From assembly GCA_965215195.1 (NCBI GenBank), contig CBDCDC010000002.1, positions 4,000,001 through 4,064,000 on the forward strand: DNA of 64,000 bases. The letters run 5' to 3'. A program made the position numbers and the translations under genes. The DNA is from Candidatus Latescibacterota bacterium (GTDB lineage Bacteria; Latescibacterota; UBA2968; UBA8231). Of this stretch, positions 1 to 10,603 are shown piece after piece (the stretch's first letter is position 1; every line of letters begins with the position of its first letter). The notes below the pieces were generated by a model. That model was not told the DNA's origin and did no database searches. It saw nothing but the letters and a program-made list of their open reading frames with translations.

Positions 1-594
1 GAGGTGGTGTGCCGGACTTGGCAGACGGCGCACAAGATGCGCCAGCAGCGGGGCCTGTTGCCCGAGGACGCGGGCAGTGCCGACAACTACCGCGCTCGGC
101 GCTATGTCGCCAAATACACCATCAATCCGGCTATTGCCCACGGACTTTCGGCTCAGATTGGCTCGGTGGAGACGGGTAAACTCGCTGATTTGGTGTTGTG
201 GCAGCCGGCTTTTTTTGGGGTCAAGCCCGAGCTAGTGATCAAAGGCGGGGTAATCGCCTACGCGCAGATGGGCGACGCGAACGCTTCGATACCCACGCCG
301 CAGCCGGTATATCCGCGCCCCATGTTCGGTGCCTACGGCAACGCGGTTGGTCCGACTTCGCTAGCTTTTGTCTCGCAGGCGTCGCACGAGCGAGTGGGCG
401 AGTACGGATTGGCCAAGGAGGTCGTGCCGGTCGAGCATTGCCGCGACATTGGCAAGGCCGACATGCGGCTCAACGACGCGGTGCCCAATATCGAGGTTGA
501 TCCGGAGACCTATAAGGTGAACGTCGACGGCGAGGAAATTGCCTGCGCACCGGCGGAAAAACTGCCGCTGGCGCAACTGTATCACCTGTTCTAG
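1..594 (+). CDS. ureC: Urease alpha subunit, C-terminal part (5' end outside window)
   Basis: [48 protein letters not shown] and C-terminal [10 protein letters not shown] match the UreC C-terminus. Confidence 0.97.
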   Translation, partial: EVVCRTWQTAHKMRQQRGLLPEDAGSADNYRARRYVAKYTINPAIAHGLSAQIGSVETGKLADLVLWQPAFFGVKPELVIKGGVIAYAQMGDANASIPTPQPVYPRPMFGAYGNAVGPTSLAFVSQASHERVGEYGLAKEVVPVEHCRDIGKADMRLNDAVPNIEVDPETYKVNVDGEEIACAPAEKLPLAQLYHLF

Positions 595-640
595 GAATGC
601 TGATGGTGCGCTCGGGTGCCTTGGATTGTAGGGAATAGCC

Positions 641-764
641 CTAACTACACGACACCAATACCTTGTCGTTGATGGGCGATGAGTCCGGGATCGAGGGCGT
701 CCCGCCCTCGACGAGGGCAAGATGCCCTCGATCCGAGGGTAAGGCCCTACTGTCGTGTACTTAG
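641..764. mobile_element. MITE copy 1 with internal REP-like palindromes
   Basis: Ends CTAACTACACGAC ... GTCGTGTACTTAG (13-bp TIR, 1 mismatch); 9-bp direct repeat GGAATAGCC at 632-640 and 765-773; internal CGAGGGCGTCCCGCCCTCG and CGAGGGCAAGATGCCCTCG hairpins. Confidence 0.85.
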
Positions 765-795
765 GGAATAGCCTTTCAAATCATTCCGATAGGAG

Positions 796-1452
796 TTGAT
801 GGATCGCCTCTACCCGCTAATGCACCTAGCCGACAGTGCGCTGCCGGCCGGTGGCTACGCCTTTTCCAATGGCTTGGAAGGGGCCTATCAGTTGGGCTTG
901 TTGGATGCGCCTCGGGCTTTGGATGAGTTCGTGCGTTCGGCACTGATGGCCGCAGCCTACGGCGAGATTCCCTTCATCCACTCCTGTTATGCTGAATCCG
1001 ACGAAGACTCCTTGGCGGAAATGCTGCGTTTCTACGACGCGATGATCGCGGCCCCGGCCATGCGGCGGGCGAGCTTGGTCTTGGGCAAGAACTGGTTGCG
1101 GCTAATGGCCGGCTTGTACCCAGAGGTCAAGTTTGCAAACGTGCGGCGGGCGGACGCGCACTACACGGTGGTTTTCGGGCTGGCGTTGAAGGCCACGGGC
1201 TTTACCCAAGCCGACGCCCAGCAGCTCTACATGTTTCAAGTGCTCAGGGACCAGATGAGCGCTGCGGTGCGTCTCGGGATCGTCGGGCCGCTAGAGGCCA
1301 CGCGCAAGCAGTTGGGACTGTATGTACATTGCGAGGAATTGCTGGCGGAAGTAGCAGGGCGACCCTACACGCGAGCGACGCGCTGTGCGCCGCAGCTCGA
1401 CATCGCCCAGAGCGTACACGACGATCTCTATTCGCGCCTTTTCCAAAATTGA
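796..1452 (+). CDS. ureF: Urease accessory protein UreF
   Basis: [18 protein letters not shown] start, SAAVRLG, C-terminal YSRLFQN; lies between ureC and ureG. Confidence 0.93.
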   Translation: MMDRLYPLMHLADSALPAGGYAFSNGLEGAYQLGLLDAPRALDEFVRSALMAAAYGEIPFIHSCYAESDEDSLAEMLRFYDAMIAAPAMRRASLVLGKNWLRLMAGLYPEVKFANVRRADAHYTVVFGLALKATGFTQADAQQLYMFQVLRDQMSAAVRLGIVGPLEATRKQLGLYVHCEELLAEVAGRPYTRATRCAPQLDIAQSVHDDLYSRLFQN

Positions 1453-1466
1453 GCGCAGGAAAATCT

Positions 1467-2177
<711 letters not shown>

Positions 2178-2441
2178 CGAGGACGAACACAAGGTTCGCT
2201 CCTACTTCGGCCAATTGCTCGAAATCGTCGCGGAGGAACCGCTTCCGCGCCGGTGACGTCGATCCCGCGGTTGACAACTCGTTTTGAGACCCTATCGTTA
2301 GCCATCGGTGTCGCCATGACGCCAAGCATTGGGTCCTGCCGCTTTGAGGACGGACGGGAAAAGCGAGGAGTTTCCGCGGCGGCATCCGATTGCCCGGCCC
2401 GAAACGCCACTGATTGAGTGTTCATAAGTTGTTAAAAAACA

Positions 2442-3449
2442 ATGATGTACTCCCCCCCGCACGATCGAACCGCACCTGTTCTTCTATCCGTTGTAGCACC
2501 CTGCTTCAATGAGGAACCCGTCCTCCGCGAGACCCATCGCCGCCTCGTCGCCACGCTTGGACAAGTCCCCGACCTCAATTTCGAACTCGTGTATGTTGAC
2601 GACGGCAGCCGCGACGCCACCCTGAGCGTCCTGCGGGAGCTCCAGGGTGCCGATGCGCGGGTGCGGGTCCTCGCCCTGTCCCGCAATTTTGGCCACCAAA
2701 TCGCCATCACGGCCGGCTTGCAGCACGCGGCGGGCGATGCCGTCGTCGTCATTGACGCCGACCTACAGCACCCGCCCGAGGTCATCCCCGAGATGCTGGA
2801 CCGCTGGCGCACAGGGGCGGATGTCGCCTACGGTGTCAGGACCCAACGCGACAGCGAGACCGCCTTCAAGCGTTGGACAGCCAGCACCTTCTATCGCCTC
2901 CTTGACCGCCTCACCGACATCTCTATTCCCCTCGACACCGGTGACTTCCGCCTCATGGACCGCACGGTGGTCAACGCCTTCTTGGCCATGCCCGAACGCG
3001 ACCGCTTCGTGCGCGGCATGGTGGCTTGGACCGGCTTTCGCCAAGAGCCCGTCCCCTACCATCGGGCGGCCCGGGCCGCGGGCGAGACCAAGTACTCATT
3101 CGGCAAGATGCTGCGCTTCGCCCTCGACGGCATCGCGTCGTTTTCCTTGGTGCCGCTGCGCCTGGCGACTTGGATCGGCGTTCTCGCCGCCGGGCTTGCC
3201 TTGGCGGGCATCGTCTATGCCGTTGCCATTCGCCTCTTGACCGACGCCTGGGTCTCCGGCTGGGCGTCGCTGCTCCTCGCCATCCTGTTTCTCGGCGGCG
3301 TCCAACTCGTGCTCTTGGGCATCCTCGGCGAGTACGTGGGGCGTATCTACGGCGAAGTGAAGCGGCGGCCGCTCTACTTGGTCAAGGAGCGGCTGGGGTT
3401 CCCGTCCACGAGTCGAGCGGCGGTCCGGCAAGAGGCGGCGGATGCCTAG
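2442..3449 (+). CDS. GT2 polyprenol-phosphate glycosyltransferase (GtrB/YkcC-like)
   Basis: VAPCFNEE, VDDGSRD, LSRNFGHQIA, IDADLQHPPE, GDFRLMDR, two C-terminal TM helices, EYVGRIYGEVKRRP. Confidence 0.92.
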   Translation: MMYSPPHDRTAPVLLSVVAPCFNEEPVLRETHRRLVATLGQVPDLNFELVYVDDGSRDATLSVLRELQGADARVRVLALSRNFGHQIAITAGLQHAAGDAVVVIDADLQHPPEVIPEMLDRWRTGADVAYGVRTQRDSETAFKRWTASTFYRLLDRLTDISIPLDTGDFRLMDRTVVNAFLAMPERDRFVRGMVAWTGFRQEPVPYHRAARAAGETKYSFGKMLRFALDGIASFSLVPLRLATWIGVLAAGLALAGIVYAVAIRLLTDAWVSGWASLLLAILFLGGVQLVLLGILGEYVGRIYGEVKRRPLYLVKERLGFPSTSRAAVRQEAADA

Positions 3450-5511
3450 CACAGGAGCGCGGTGGCTGAAGCTGTTGCTTGGCAACCATGCCCTTATTCT
3501 AGCCCTGCTGTTTCTGCCGGTATTCTACTACTCATTAACCACGCCGTTTGCCTTGGTTGACGACTATGGCGATTGGTACTATTTCCTCTTCGATAGCCCA
3601 AAACAGTTCTTTCGTTGGTTCGACAGCCGATTCCTCGATTTAGGCCACTTTGGTCACAACAGATACCGGCCCTTCTGGGAGTTCTACAACGCGGTTACTT
3701 GGAAAGTCTTCGGCCCAACGCCCCATCTGCACCACTTGGCCCGGTGGGTCGTGCATTTTGGTGCCGTCTTTGCTTTCGCCGCGGCCTTTCTCTGTTTTGC
3801 TCGATACCGACAAACCGAACACGGCGCAGCGTCCCGCTTGTTTCGGCACCTACCCTTGGCGTTACTGGTTTACATTTGGCTCTTTTTTCCCAGTTCACCG
3901 GCTTCCCGGCTGGCTCCCCAAGAAGTCTATACCGTTTTCTTCCTCGGCCTGTGCAACTGGATGCTGGCGCTCATGCTTTTGCAGGAGGGCAGGAAAGGAA
4001 AGATCCGGGCAACACGACTGATATACGGCCTGTTTTACTTGGGCGGCCTTGGCCTCGCCTGGTCCAAGGAAATCAACATTGCGGTCCTGCTTTGGCTGCT
4101 GGTCTGCTACTATGCCCTGCTCCTGATAGGGGTACGCCGGCGGACAAACCTTGCGCAACAGGGGCTGGGCGGCTCGGCCATGGATGCCATTCGCAGCCTG
4201 AAAGGGGTACGCCGGTGGAAAGTCTTGGGCGGCCTACCACTGGTCTTAGTTTTCCTCCACACCCTCGACAGGGTATATGACATCAAGGAAGCCGGCGGCT
4301 ACGGCACTTCAGCCGTAACTCCGGGGCTAATCCGTGAAAATGCAAGCTGGATTCTGAGGGGCCTGTTCCAAGTCGATACCTCCCTCTTGATCACAGCCGG
4401 CTTTGCCCTTCTCTCTGCGCTGTTGCTGCTCTCCGTCATTGTTAAGGCCATCAAGCACCGGTTCAGGGACGAGTTTATTTTCGTGCTGTTTCTTCTCGGC
4501 CAGTTTGCAAGCATGTTTCTCATTCTCAGCGCGTCCTGGGGTGTTGTGCTTCGCTACTGGTACATCCTAGTACCCGTTTTCACCACCCTGTTGGCATTCT
4601 CCGCCAAGTTCGCGCTGGAGTTCGCCGCAGCGCGTCGCCCGCTCCGGTGGAGCTTTGTGCGCTTTGCCCACCCCCGACTTTTAGCGGCATCTGCGCTAAC
4701 CGGCTTCATCATATTTTTCATTTGCTGTAACTACTACAACTTCCTGTTTCAGACCGTCGTCCAGCACAGCACGCGCCACACCGAGGCCAAGCTCCTCGCC
4801 GAAATCACCCGCCTTCACGAGCAGGGCCAGTATGTCCAAGTCCTGTATGAGAACCCTAACGAATTGCTACACAAAATCGTTAATAGCTATCCCAATTTTC
4901 TACTCCGGTTTTATGGCAAAAAAATTGATGTACACACGGCTCCCCCGGACGATACCGGGCAGCCGTATTACATAGTCAAACATACAGAGGCCCAGCCACA
5001 TAACTCGCCAGAAAACTATAGGCCCTTGTCATATGCTTACAACGTGGCTTCGGTTCTCCAAGGGGGCAGACCATACGAGTGGCGGGATGCCGAAGTCCCT
5101 ATATGGTCGTGGTATATCTACGATAATGAGTTGAACCGGGTCTGGAGAAACGGCCTCGTTGTACATCGGCTCATCGAGGAGGCGGGCGAGCCGATCATCC
5201 GCTCCGTCTTTGACGTTTATCGCAACGGCGACGAGTTGATATACCAGAAGGAGCCTTGCGGCCCGAATGACGTTGACCAGAAGTTCTTCCTGCACATCGT
5301 CCCGGTTGACAATAGCGACCTTCCCGAATGGCGGAAGCAGCACAGTTTCGACCATCTTGATTTTGACTTTGAGGCTTATGGTCTCAGCGGCGGCGGGAGA
5401 TGCCTTGCGGTGTTCCAGCTTCCGGCCTACGGCATCGCCAGCATCAGGACCGGCCAGTATGTGCCCGGAGAAGGCCGCGTCTGGGAAGCCGAGGTCAGCC
5501 TCGATGAGTAA
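3442..5511 (+). CDS. Polytopic membrane protein, probable GT-C type lipid-sugar acceptor glycosyltransferase
   Basis: About 10 TM segments, early LVDD and RYRP motifs, soluble C-terminal domain (FFLHIVP..FDHLDFDF); overlaps the GT2 gene. Confidence 0.6.
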   Translation: MPSTGARWLKLLLGNHALILALLFLPVFYYSLTTPFALVDDYGDWYYFLFDSPKQFFRWFDSRFLDLGHFGHNRYRPFWEFYNAVTWKVFGPTPHLHHLARWVVHFGAVFAFAAAFLCFARYRQTEHGAASRLFRHLPLALLVYIWLFFPSSPASRLAPQEVYTVFFLGLCNWMLALMLLQEGRKGKIRATRLIYGLFYLGGLGLAWSKEINIAVLLWLLVCYYALLLIGVRRRTNLAQQGLGGSAMDAIRSLKGVRRWKVLGGLPLVLVFLHTLDRVYDIKEAGGYGTSAVTPGLIRENASWILRGLFQVDTSLLITAGFALLSALLLLSVIVKAIKHRFRDEFIFVLFLLGQFASMFLILSASWGVVLRYWYILVPVFTTLLAFSAKFALEFAAARRPLRWSFVRFAHPRLLAASALTGFIIFFICCNYYNFLFQTVVQHSTRHTEAKLLAEITRLHEQGQYVQVLYENPNELLHKIVNSYPNFLLRFYGKKIDVHTAPPDDTGQPYYIVKHTEAQPHNSPENYRPLSYAYNVASVLQGGRPYEWRDAEVPIWSWYIYDNELNRVWRNGLVVHRLIEEAGEPIIRSVFDVYRNGDELIYQKEPCGPNDVDQKFFLHIVPVDNSDLPEWRKQHSFDHLDFDFEAYGLSGGGRCLAVFQLPAYGIASIRTGQYVPGEGRVWEAEVSLDE

Positions 5512-5573
5512 GAAGCTGTTGCGTTAAAAGAGCTATATATCTCGCGGGTCAACTCCACTTTGCGGCTATTCCC

Positions 5574-6749
5574 TCAATGGTGAAAGAGCCGCACCCCCGA
5601 ATTGATCATCAGCATTCCGCATTCGTCTGCCGCCTCAATCACCAGATCATCCCGCGTTGACCCGCCAGCTTGGACTAGGTATTCCACGCCCGAACGCTGC
5701 GCCCGGTCGATGTTGTCGCGGAAGGGGAAGAAGGCGTCTGAACTCAGGGCCACGCCCTTGAGATGGCCCAGCCACGCCCGCTTTTCCTCGGCGCGGAGCC
5801 GTTCTGGAACCGCGCGGAAATTAGCTTCCCAAGCCCTGAGTTCGGCCGGAGTGACATCGTCTTGCAGATAGATGTCGATGGCGTTGATTTTTTCCGGGCG
5901 CTTGAGGCCCTTGGCGAATTTCATTTCTCGGACTTTAGGATGCAGGCGCAGATACCAGTTGTCGGCCTTGGCACAGGCCAAACGCACGCAGTGAATGCGC
6001 GACTGCTGGCCGGCACCAGTGCCGATGACTTGGCCATCGCGGGCTAGGCACACCGAGTTGGACTGGGTGTACTTGAGGGCGATGGTCGCCACTGTTAGGT
6101 CGCGACGGGCACTGGCCGGCAAGTCCTTGCGGGCGGTGACGATGTTGTGGAAAAAGGCGTCGTCGGGGATAAAATCGTTGCGTTGCTGGGCGAGCTGGAC
6201 GCCGAATATCTGGCGTTGCTCGGTTGCGGCCGGCGCGTAGTCCGGGTCGATTTGCAGGATGCGGTACTGGCCGCCTTTTTTCTTTTTTAAGATCTCTAAA
6301 GCCTCTGGCTCGTAGCCGGGGGCGATGATCCCGTCGGATACCTCGACGCGAATGAGATCGGCCGTAGAGAAATCGACCACGTCGCTCAGGGCGATCCAGT
6401 CGCCAAAGGAGGCGAGGCGGTCGGCACCACGGGCGCGAGCGTAAGCTGTAGCCAGCGGGCTGAGGTCGCGGTTGGCGACGAAATAGGACGCGCTCAGGGC
6501 CTCGTCGAGCGGTGCGGCGATGGCAGCACCTGCCGGGGAGACGTGTTTGAACGAAGCGGCAGCCGGCAGGCCGAGGGCGCGTTTGAGATCGCGGACGAGC
6601 TGCCAAGCGTTGAGAGCGTCCATGAGGTTGATGTAGCTAGGGGCCTCGTTGAGCGGCTCGATGGGTAGGCTGCGGCCAGCGGCCATAAAGCAGCGGGCCG
6701 CTGCTTGGTGGGGGTTGCAGCCGTAGCGCATGTCGATTGTAGCGGGCAT
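5574..6749 (-). CDS. purH: AICAR transformylase (PurH-like, lacking N-terminal IMP cyclohydrolase domain)
   Basis: MRYGCNPHQ, SFKHVSPAG, KYTQSNSV, GAGQQSRIHC, SSDAFFPFRD, RLFHH; RBS GAGGAGG before ATG 6749. Confidence 0.9.
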   Translation of the reverse strand: MPATIDMRYGCNPHQAAARCFMAAGRSLPIEPLNEAPSYINLMDALNAWQLVRDLKRALGLPAAASFKHVSPAGAAIAAPLDEALSASYFVANRDLSPLATAYARARGADRLASFGDWIALSDVVDFSTADLIRVEVSDGIIAPGYEPEALEILKKKKGGQYRILQIDPDYAPAATEQRQIFGVQLAQQRNDFIPDDAFFHNIVTARKDLPASARRDLTVATIALKYTQSNSVCLARDGQVIGTGAGQQSRIHCVRLACAKADNWYLRLHPKVREMKFAKGLKRPEKINAIDIYLQDDVTPAELRAWEANFRAVPERLRAEEKRAWLGHLKGVALSSDAFFPFRDNIDRAQRSGVEYLVQAGGSTRDDLVIEAADECGMLMINSGVRLFHH

Positions 6750-6879
6750 GGTTCCTCCTCGACGAGGCATTTGACGCATTTGACAAAGATTGGGGCGGCG
6801 TATTATGTTCGGCAATTGCGGCAAAAAGACAATCGCCAATCACCCCCCTTTTGACAAGCCAAGGCGAGGTAAAACGACC

Positions 6880-7917
6880 ATGTTCAAAGGTTGTAGTACA
6901 GCCCTAGTGACGCCTATGTGTGCAGACGGCAGCATTGACTACGGCGGCTTGGAGCAGCTCGTAGAGTTCCAAATTGCCAACAATATCCAAGCGGTGCTCG
7001 CGGTCGGCACGACCGGCGAAAGCCCGACTCTGCTGTGGGAGGAGCACAACGAAGTCATTGAGCGCACGGTCGCGTTGGCCAAGGGCCGCACCCTATCAAT
7101 TGCCGGCACGGGCAGCAACTCCACTAAGGAGACCCTAGCGGGCAGCGAGCACGCCGCCCACATCGGGGCGGACGCCGTGCTTTTGGTCGATCCCTACTAC
7201 AATGGGCCCAGCTCCTTGGAGATCCGCCGCGAATACGTCGAGCCGGTGGCGCGGGCCTTTCCCGAGGTGCAGATCATTCCCTACATCATCCCCGGGCGCA
7301 CCGGCTGCATGATGCAGGTGGAAGATTTGGCCATCCTCGCCCACCAGTATCCCAACGTGGCCCAAGTCAAAGAGGCGACCGGCGACTTGGACAACATGGC
7401 CAAGACGCGCCGGCTCTGCGGCGACGATTTTACCATCCTCTCGGGCGATGACGACAAGACCGTGGCCATGATGAAGAGCGAGGATATCCGGGCCGCTGGC
7501 GTGATTTCGGTGATGTCCAACGTCATTCCGGGTCCCATCCAGCGGCTCACCGAGCTGCTCAACGCCGGCCGAGAGAACGAGGCCGATGGTTTGGCTGAGA
7601 AGCTGGCACCGCTTTTTGGCATCGTCGGCGTTGCAACCACCGAGCAGAGTGCTTATGGCCCGGTTGAGTGCAAGGCGCGCAACCCGGTGCCGGTCAAGAC
7701 GCTGATGAATATCCTCGGCATGCCGGCCGGCCCGGTGCGGCAGCCGTTGGGCAAGATGACGTACGCGGGCGTGCAAACGGTGTTGGACGCCGCGCGCCAA
7801 GTACAAGCCAACGACCCCACGGCTTTTGCGCCGGTCGCCGAGTTTTTCGGGGTGGATGTGGAAGCGCGTCTGCACGACGACTCGCTGGTTGAGTCCGCAG
7901 TGTATCCATCGTATTAA
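6880..7917 (+). CDS. dapA: 4-hydroxy-tetrahydrodipicolinate synthase
   Basis: ALVTP, GTTGESPTL, PYYN, VKEATG, LSGDD, NPVPVK; followed by dapB. Confidence 0.93.
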   Translation: MFKGCSTALVTPMCADGSIDYGGLEQLVEFQIANNIQAVLAVGTTGESPTLLWEEHNEVIERTVALAKGRTLSIAGTGSNSTKETLAGSEHAAHIGADAVLLVDPYYNGPSSLEIRREYVEPVARAFPEVQIIPYIIPGRTGCMMQVEDLAILAHQYPNVAQVKEATGDLDNMAKTRRLCGDDFTILSGDDDKTVAMMKSEDIRAAGVISVMSNVIPGPIQRLTELLNAGRENEADGLAEKLAPLFGIVGVATTEQSAYGPVECKARNPVPVKTLMNILGMPAGPVRQPLGKMTYAGVQTVLDAARQVQANDPTAFAPVAEFFGVDVEARLHDDSLVESAVYPSY

Positions 7918-7931
7918 GCGAGGCTAGAGGG

Positions 7932-8732
7932 ATGACCAAAATCGCAATCTGCGGGGTGGCCGGGCGCATGGGCCAGCGGCTGGCCCACTTGACTTTGACG
8001 GCCGCTGATTTGGAGCTGTGCGGCGGCAAGGAGCGCCCGACCCACGAGGCCGTGGGGCGCGACATCGGCGAGATCATCGGCACTCGGCCCCTTGGCCTAA
8101 CGGTCCGCGACACGCTGGCGGGCATGGTTGAGCCAGACCAGGTCGTCATCAGTTTTACGACTCCGGAGGCGACCCTCGAAGACGCGGCGCTCTGCGCGGT
8201 GCGCGGGGTGCCGATGGTGGTGGGGACTACGGGTTTTAACCCGGAGCAGCTCGCGGAATTTAAGCGGACGGTGGCGGACACTACCTGCGTATTTGCGTCG
8301 AATTTTAGCACGGCCATGAACGTGCTCTTCAAGCTAGTTGAAGAGGCGGCCCGGATCTTGGGCGACGACTACGATGTAGAAGTCATTGAGGCGCATCACC
8401 GGCACAAGGTTGATGCGCCCTCCGGGTCGGCACTGACGCTGGCCGAGCGGGCCGCGGCTGGATTGGGCCGCACCTTGCGCGAGGTGGCTGTACACGGGCG
8501 GTCGGGCGTGGTCGGCGAGCGCTCCCGCCAAGAGATTGGCCTGCACGCCATCCGCGCCGGCGACTTGGCGGGCGAGCACTCGGTGCTCTACGCAGCCCCG
8601 GGCGAGTGCCTCGAACTGCGGCACCGCGCCACGAGCCGCGATTCCTTTGCTTTAGGCGCGTTGCGCGCCGCGCGTTTTGCCGCGCAGGCTGCGCCGGGGA
8701 TGTACTCGATGGGAGACGTGTTGGGACTGTAG
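7932..8732 (+). CDS. dapB: 4-hydroxy-tetrahydrodipicolinate reductase
   Basis: GVAGRMG, VVGTTG, EAHHRHKVDAPSG, HRATSRDSFALGA. Confidence 0.95.
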   Translation: MTKIAICGVAGRMGQRLAHLTLTAADLELCGGKERPTHEAVGRDIGEIIGTRPLGLTVRDTLAGMVEPDQVVISFTTPEATLEDAALCAVRGVPMVVGTTGFNPEQLAEFKRTVADTTCVFASNFSTAMNVLFKLVEEAARILGDDYDVEVIEAHHRHKVDAPSGSALTLAERAAAGLGRTLREVAVHGRSGVVGERSRQEIGLHAIRAGDLAGEHSVLYAAPGECLELRHRATSRDSFALGALRAARFAAQAAPGMYSMGDVLGL

Positions 8733-8733
8733 C

Positions 8734-9504
8734 TCAGCGCTTGGGGCGGCGGAGGAGGCTCTGCGGCCCCGGCCACAAGGTCTGGATCTGGTCGCGCAGC
8801 CGAGCGGCTTCCTCAAAATTTTCCGCCTCTACGGCTACCTGTAGGTCGCGCTCTAATTGTTCGCGCGGGGACAGCGGGCGCTCCTGCTCCAATTCCTCGT
8901 ACCATTCGCGCAAAAAGGAAATCTCGGGCAAGTCCTCTTCTAGCTCGGATTCCCATTCTTCGACAAAGCTCTCGATGTGGGCAATGCCTTCTTCCACGGC
9001 GCGCATGGCCGCTGGATAGTCGTCGTTGCGAAGGGCTAGCATGGCGTGTGCCCGGGTCTGCATCATAATCGCGTGTGGGTAGTACTGCTCAAAGTACCAG
9101 CGGATCTCGTCGTTGGGCGCACACTGATCGACCAATTCAAAAATCTGTAGGGTGTGCTCGGTATCGGCGACGACCCCTTCGTAGTCCTCTAGATTGAACA
9201 GACTCAAGTAGCGGTGGTAGTACTGCCAAGCCTCTTGGAAGAGTTCTTCGCACTCTTCTTCCTCTAGTACGAAGCTTTCCGGGGCGTTGCGCGATTCGAT
9301 GAGGTCTTGGTAGTAGTCGAGCAGCGAGGGGCAGCCGTGCGGTTGTTGGCCGTCGGGACGGCCATCCAATTCGAGCTGCAGAAGCCCCATGTCGATGCGG
9401 ATCTGAAGTTTTTCCTCGCCCTTGCTGGTGCGGATGCGCCGGGCGAGGAATTCGTCGGGCTTGAATTCCCAACTGTTGAGCAAGTCGCCGATATCGTAAT
9501 TCAT
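8734..9504 (-). CDS. UvrB/UvrC-motif (UVR) containing protein
   Basis: QIRIDMGLLQLELDGRPDG; C-terminal LQVAVEAENFEEAARLRDQI UVR motif. Confidence 0.8.
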   Translation of the reverse strand: MNYDIGDLLNSWEFKPDEFLARRIRTSKGEEKLQIRIDMGLLQLELDGRPDGQQPHGCPSLLDYYQDLIESRNAPESFVLEEEECEELFQEAWQYYHRYLSLFNLEDYEGVVADTEHTLQIFELVDQCAPNDEIRWYFEQYYPHAIMMQTRAHAMLALRNDDYPAAMRAVEEGIAHIESFVEEWESELEEDLPEISFLREWYEELEQERPLSPREQLERDLQVAVEAENFEEAARLRDQIQTLWPGPQSLLRRPKR

Positions 9505-9641
9505 GGGCGCGCTCTCTGACAAAAAATAGAATGAAAAACCCCGGCCCCAAGGAAGCTGGGGTAGCACAAGGGACAATATAGGACAGAACTTGGTACTGCG
9601 CTACTAATCAACGCATTTCTCGTCAAATCGCTGGTCCATAT

Positions 9642-9673
9642 AAAAGAAGCGCCGGGCTACAAGCCCCGCGCTT
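9642..9673 (-). terminator. Rho-independent terminator-like hairpin
   Basis: AAGCGCCGGGCT-ACA-AGCCCCGCGCTT stem followed on the minus strand by TTCTTTT. Confidence 0.5.
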
Positions 9674-9772
9674 GTCGTATTATCGTATTATATAATATAC
9701 AAAAAAAGAAAGAGAATGTCCAATCAATGGGTTTAAGTAGAATATAAATAATAGGTTAGAAAAAATTTTATC

Positions 9773-9801
9773 TTGACGCGATTCACCGCTTAATCTACTT
9801 T
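9773..9801 (+). promoter_or_regulatory. sigma70-type promoter
   Basis: TTGACG-17nt-TACTTT with AT-rich upstream region; RBS AGGAGG before ATG 9845. Confidence 0.6.
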
Positions 9802-9844
9802 AACACCGCCCCCAATTCCCAATTCATTCCACACAGGAGGACCC

Positions 9845-10603
9845 ATGTCCCAGCACGAGAACGATGCCCTGCAAGTGCAGGGCGACCGGGTGGTGCTAGG
9901 GGAGTGGTCGGGCGATCTGGAAGAATTGATCGCCAAGAACGTCGAGTTACGCCAAATGCTGCGCGAAGGGTGCGCCGACGAGGCCCGCGCGCTGCTCAAG
10001 GCGCAGGTCGTTGAGGAACAAGCCGCGCTGGTGGCCATCGACGAAAACCCCGAGGAGGTGCTCTCCCTGACCGGCATGGACGACAAAGGCCGCCCGGGGT
10101 ACTTGCCCGCTGTCGTCGATAAGCTGCCGTCGGAGATCATCGCCGAATTGGTCGCCCCCAGCGAGTACAAGCTGGCGCGGTTCAACACCGCGCTGTTGCA
10201 AACCATGTCGGCCGAGTCGTTTGCCCGCGCCGTAGAAGACACGCTCGATCCGGTTTACTACCACGGCAACCGCACCAAGGTGTCGTGGGAATGGCTCGAA
10301 GCGGTCGCAGCGCTAGACGATCACAACAAGCGCGCCGCGCTCTTGTTCAAGGTCGATCAAAGCCTGCTAGAGGAAGCCTTCTTAGACAAGGTCGATAGCA
10401 TTGACATGCACGCCCAAGTCGGAATAGAGAAACCCGTTTCGGCCTTTCGCCTGCTGTCGGAATCCGGCCAGGCGGTGATGTTGCCGCCGATCAGCGACCC
10501 GGAGGTCCGCGAGGTCATCTACTCCTTGCACCAAGCCGCGCCCGAGTTGCTGGCCAAGGTGCTGCGCGCCGCTTGGGAACGGGCCGGTGGAGGGGCCTCG
10601 TGA
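9845..10603 (+). CDS. Hypothetical helical protein
   Basis: 252-aa ORF with strong RBS; translationally coupled to the next gene (GTGA overlap). Confidence 0.75.
   Translation: MSQHENDALQVQGDRVVLGEWSGDLEELIAKNVELRQMLREGCADEARALLKAQVVEEQAALVAIDENPEEVLSLTGMDDKGRPGYLPAVVDKLPSEIIAELVAPSEYKLARFNTALLQTMSAESFARAVEDTLDPVYYHGNRTKVSWEWLEAVAALDDHNKRAALLFKVDQSLLEEAFLDKVDSIDMHAQVGIEKPVSAFRLLSESGQAVMLPPISDPEVREVIYSLHQAAPELLAKVLRAAWERAGGGAS

Noticed and set aside
2178-2430. Possible HNH nuclease remnant (HRCRHDAKH)
   Set aside because: Too short and interrupted by stops to support
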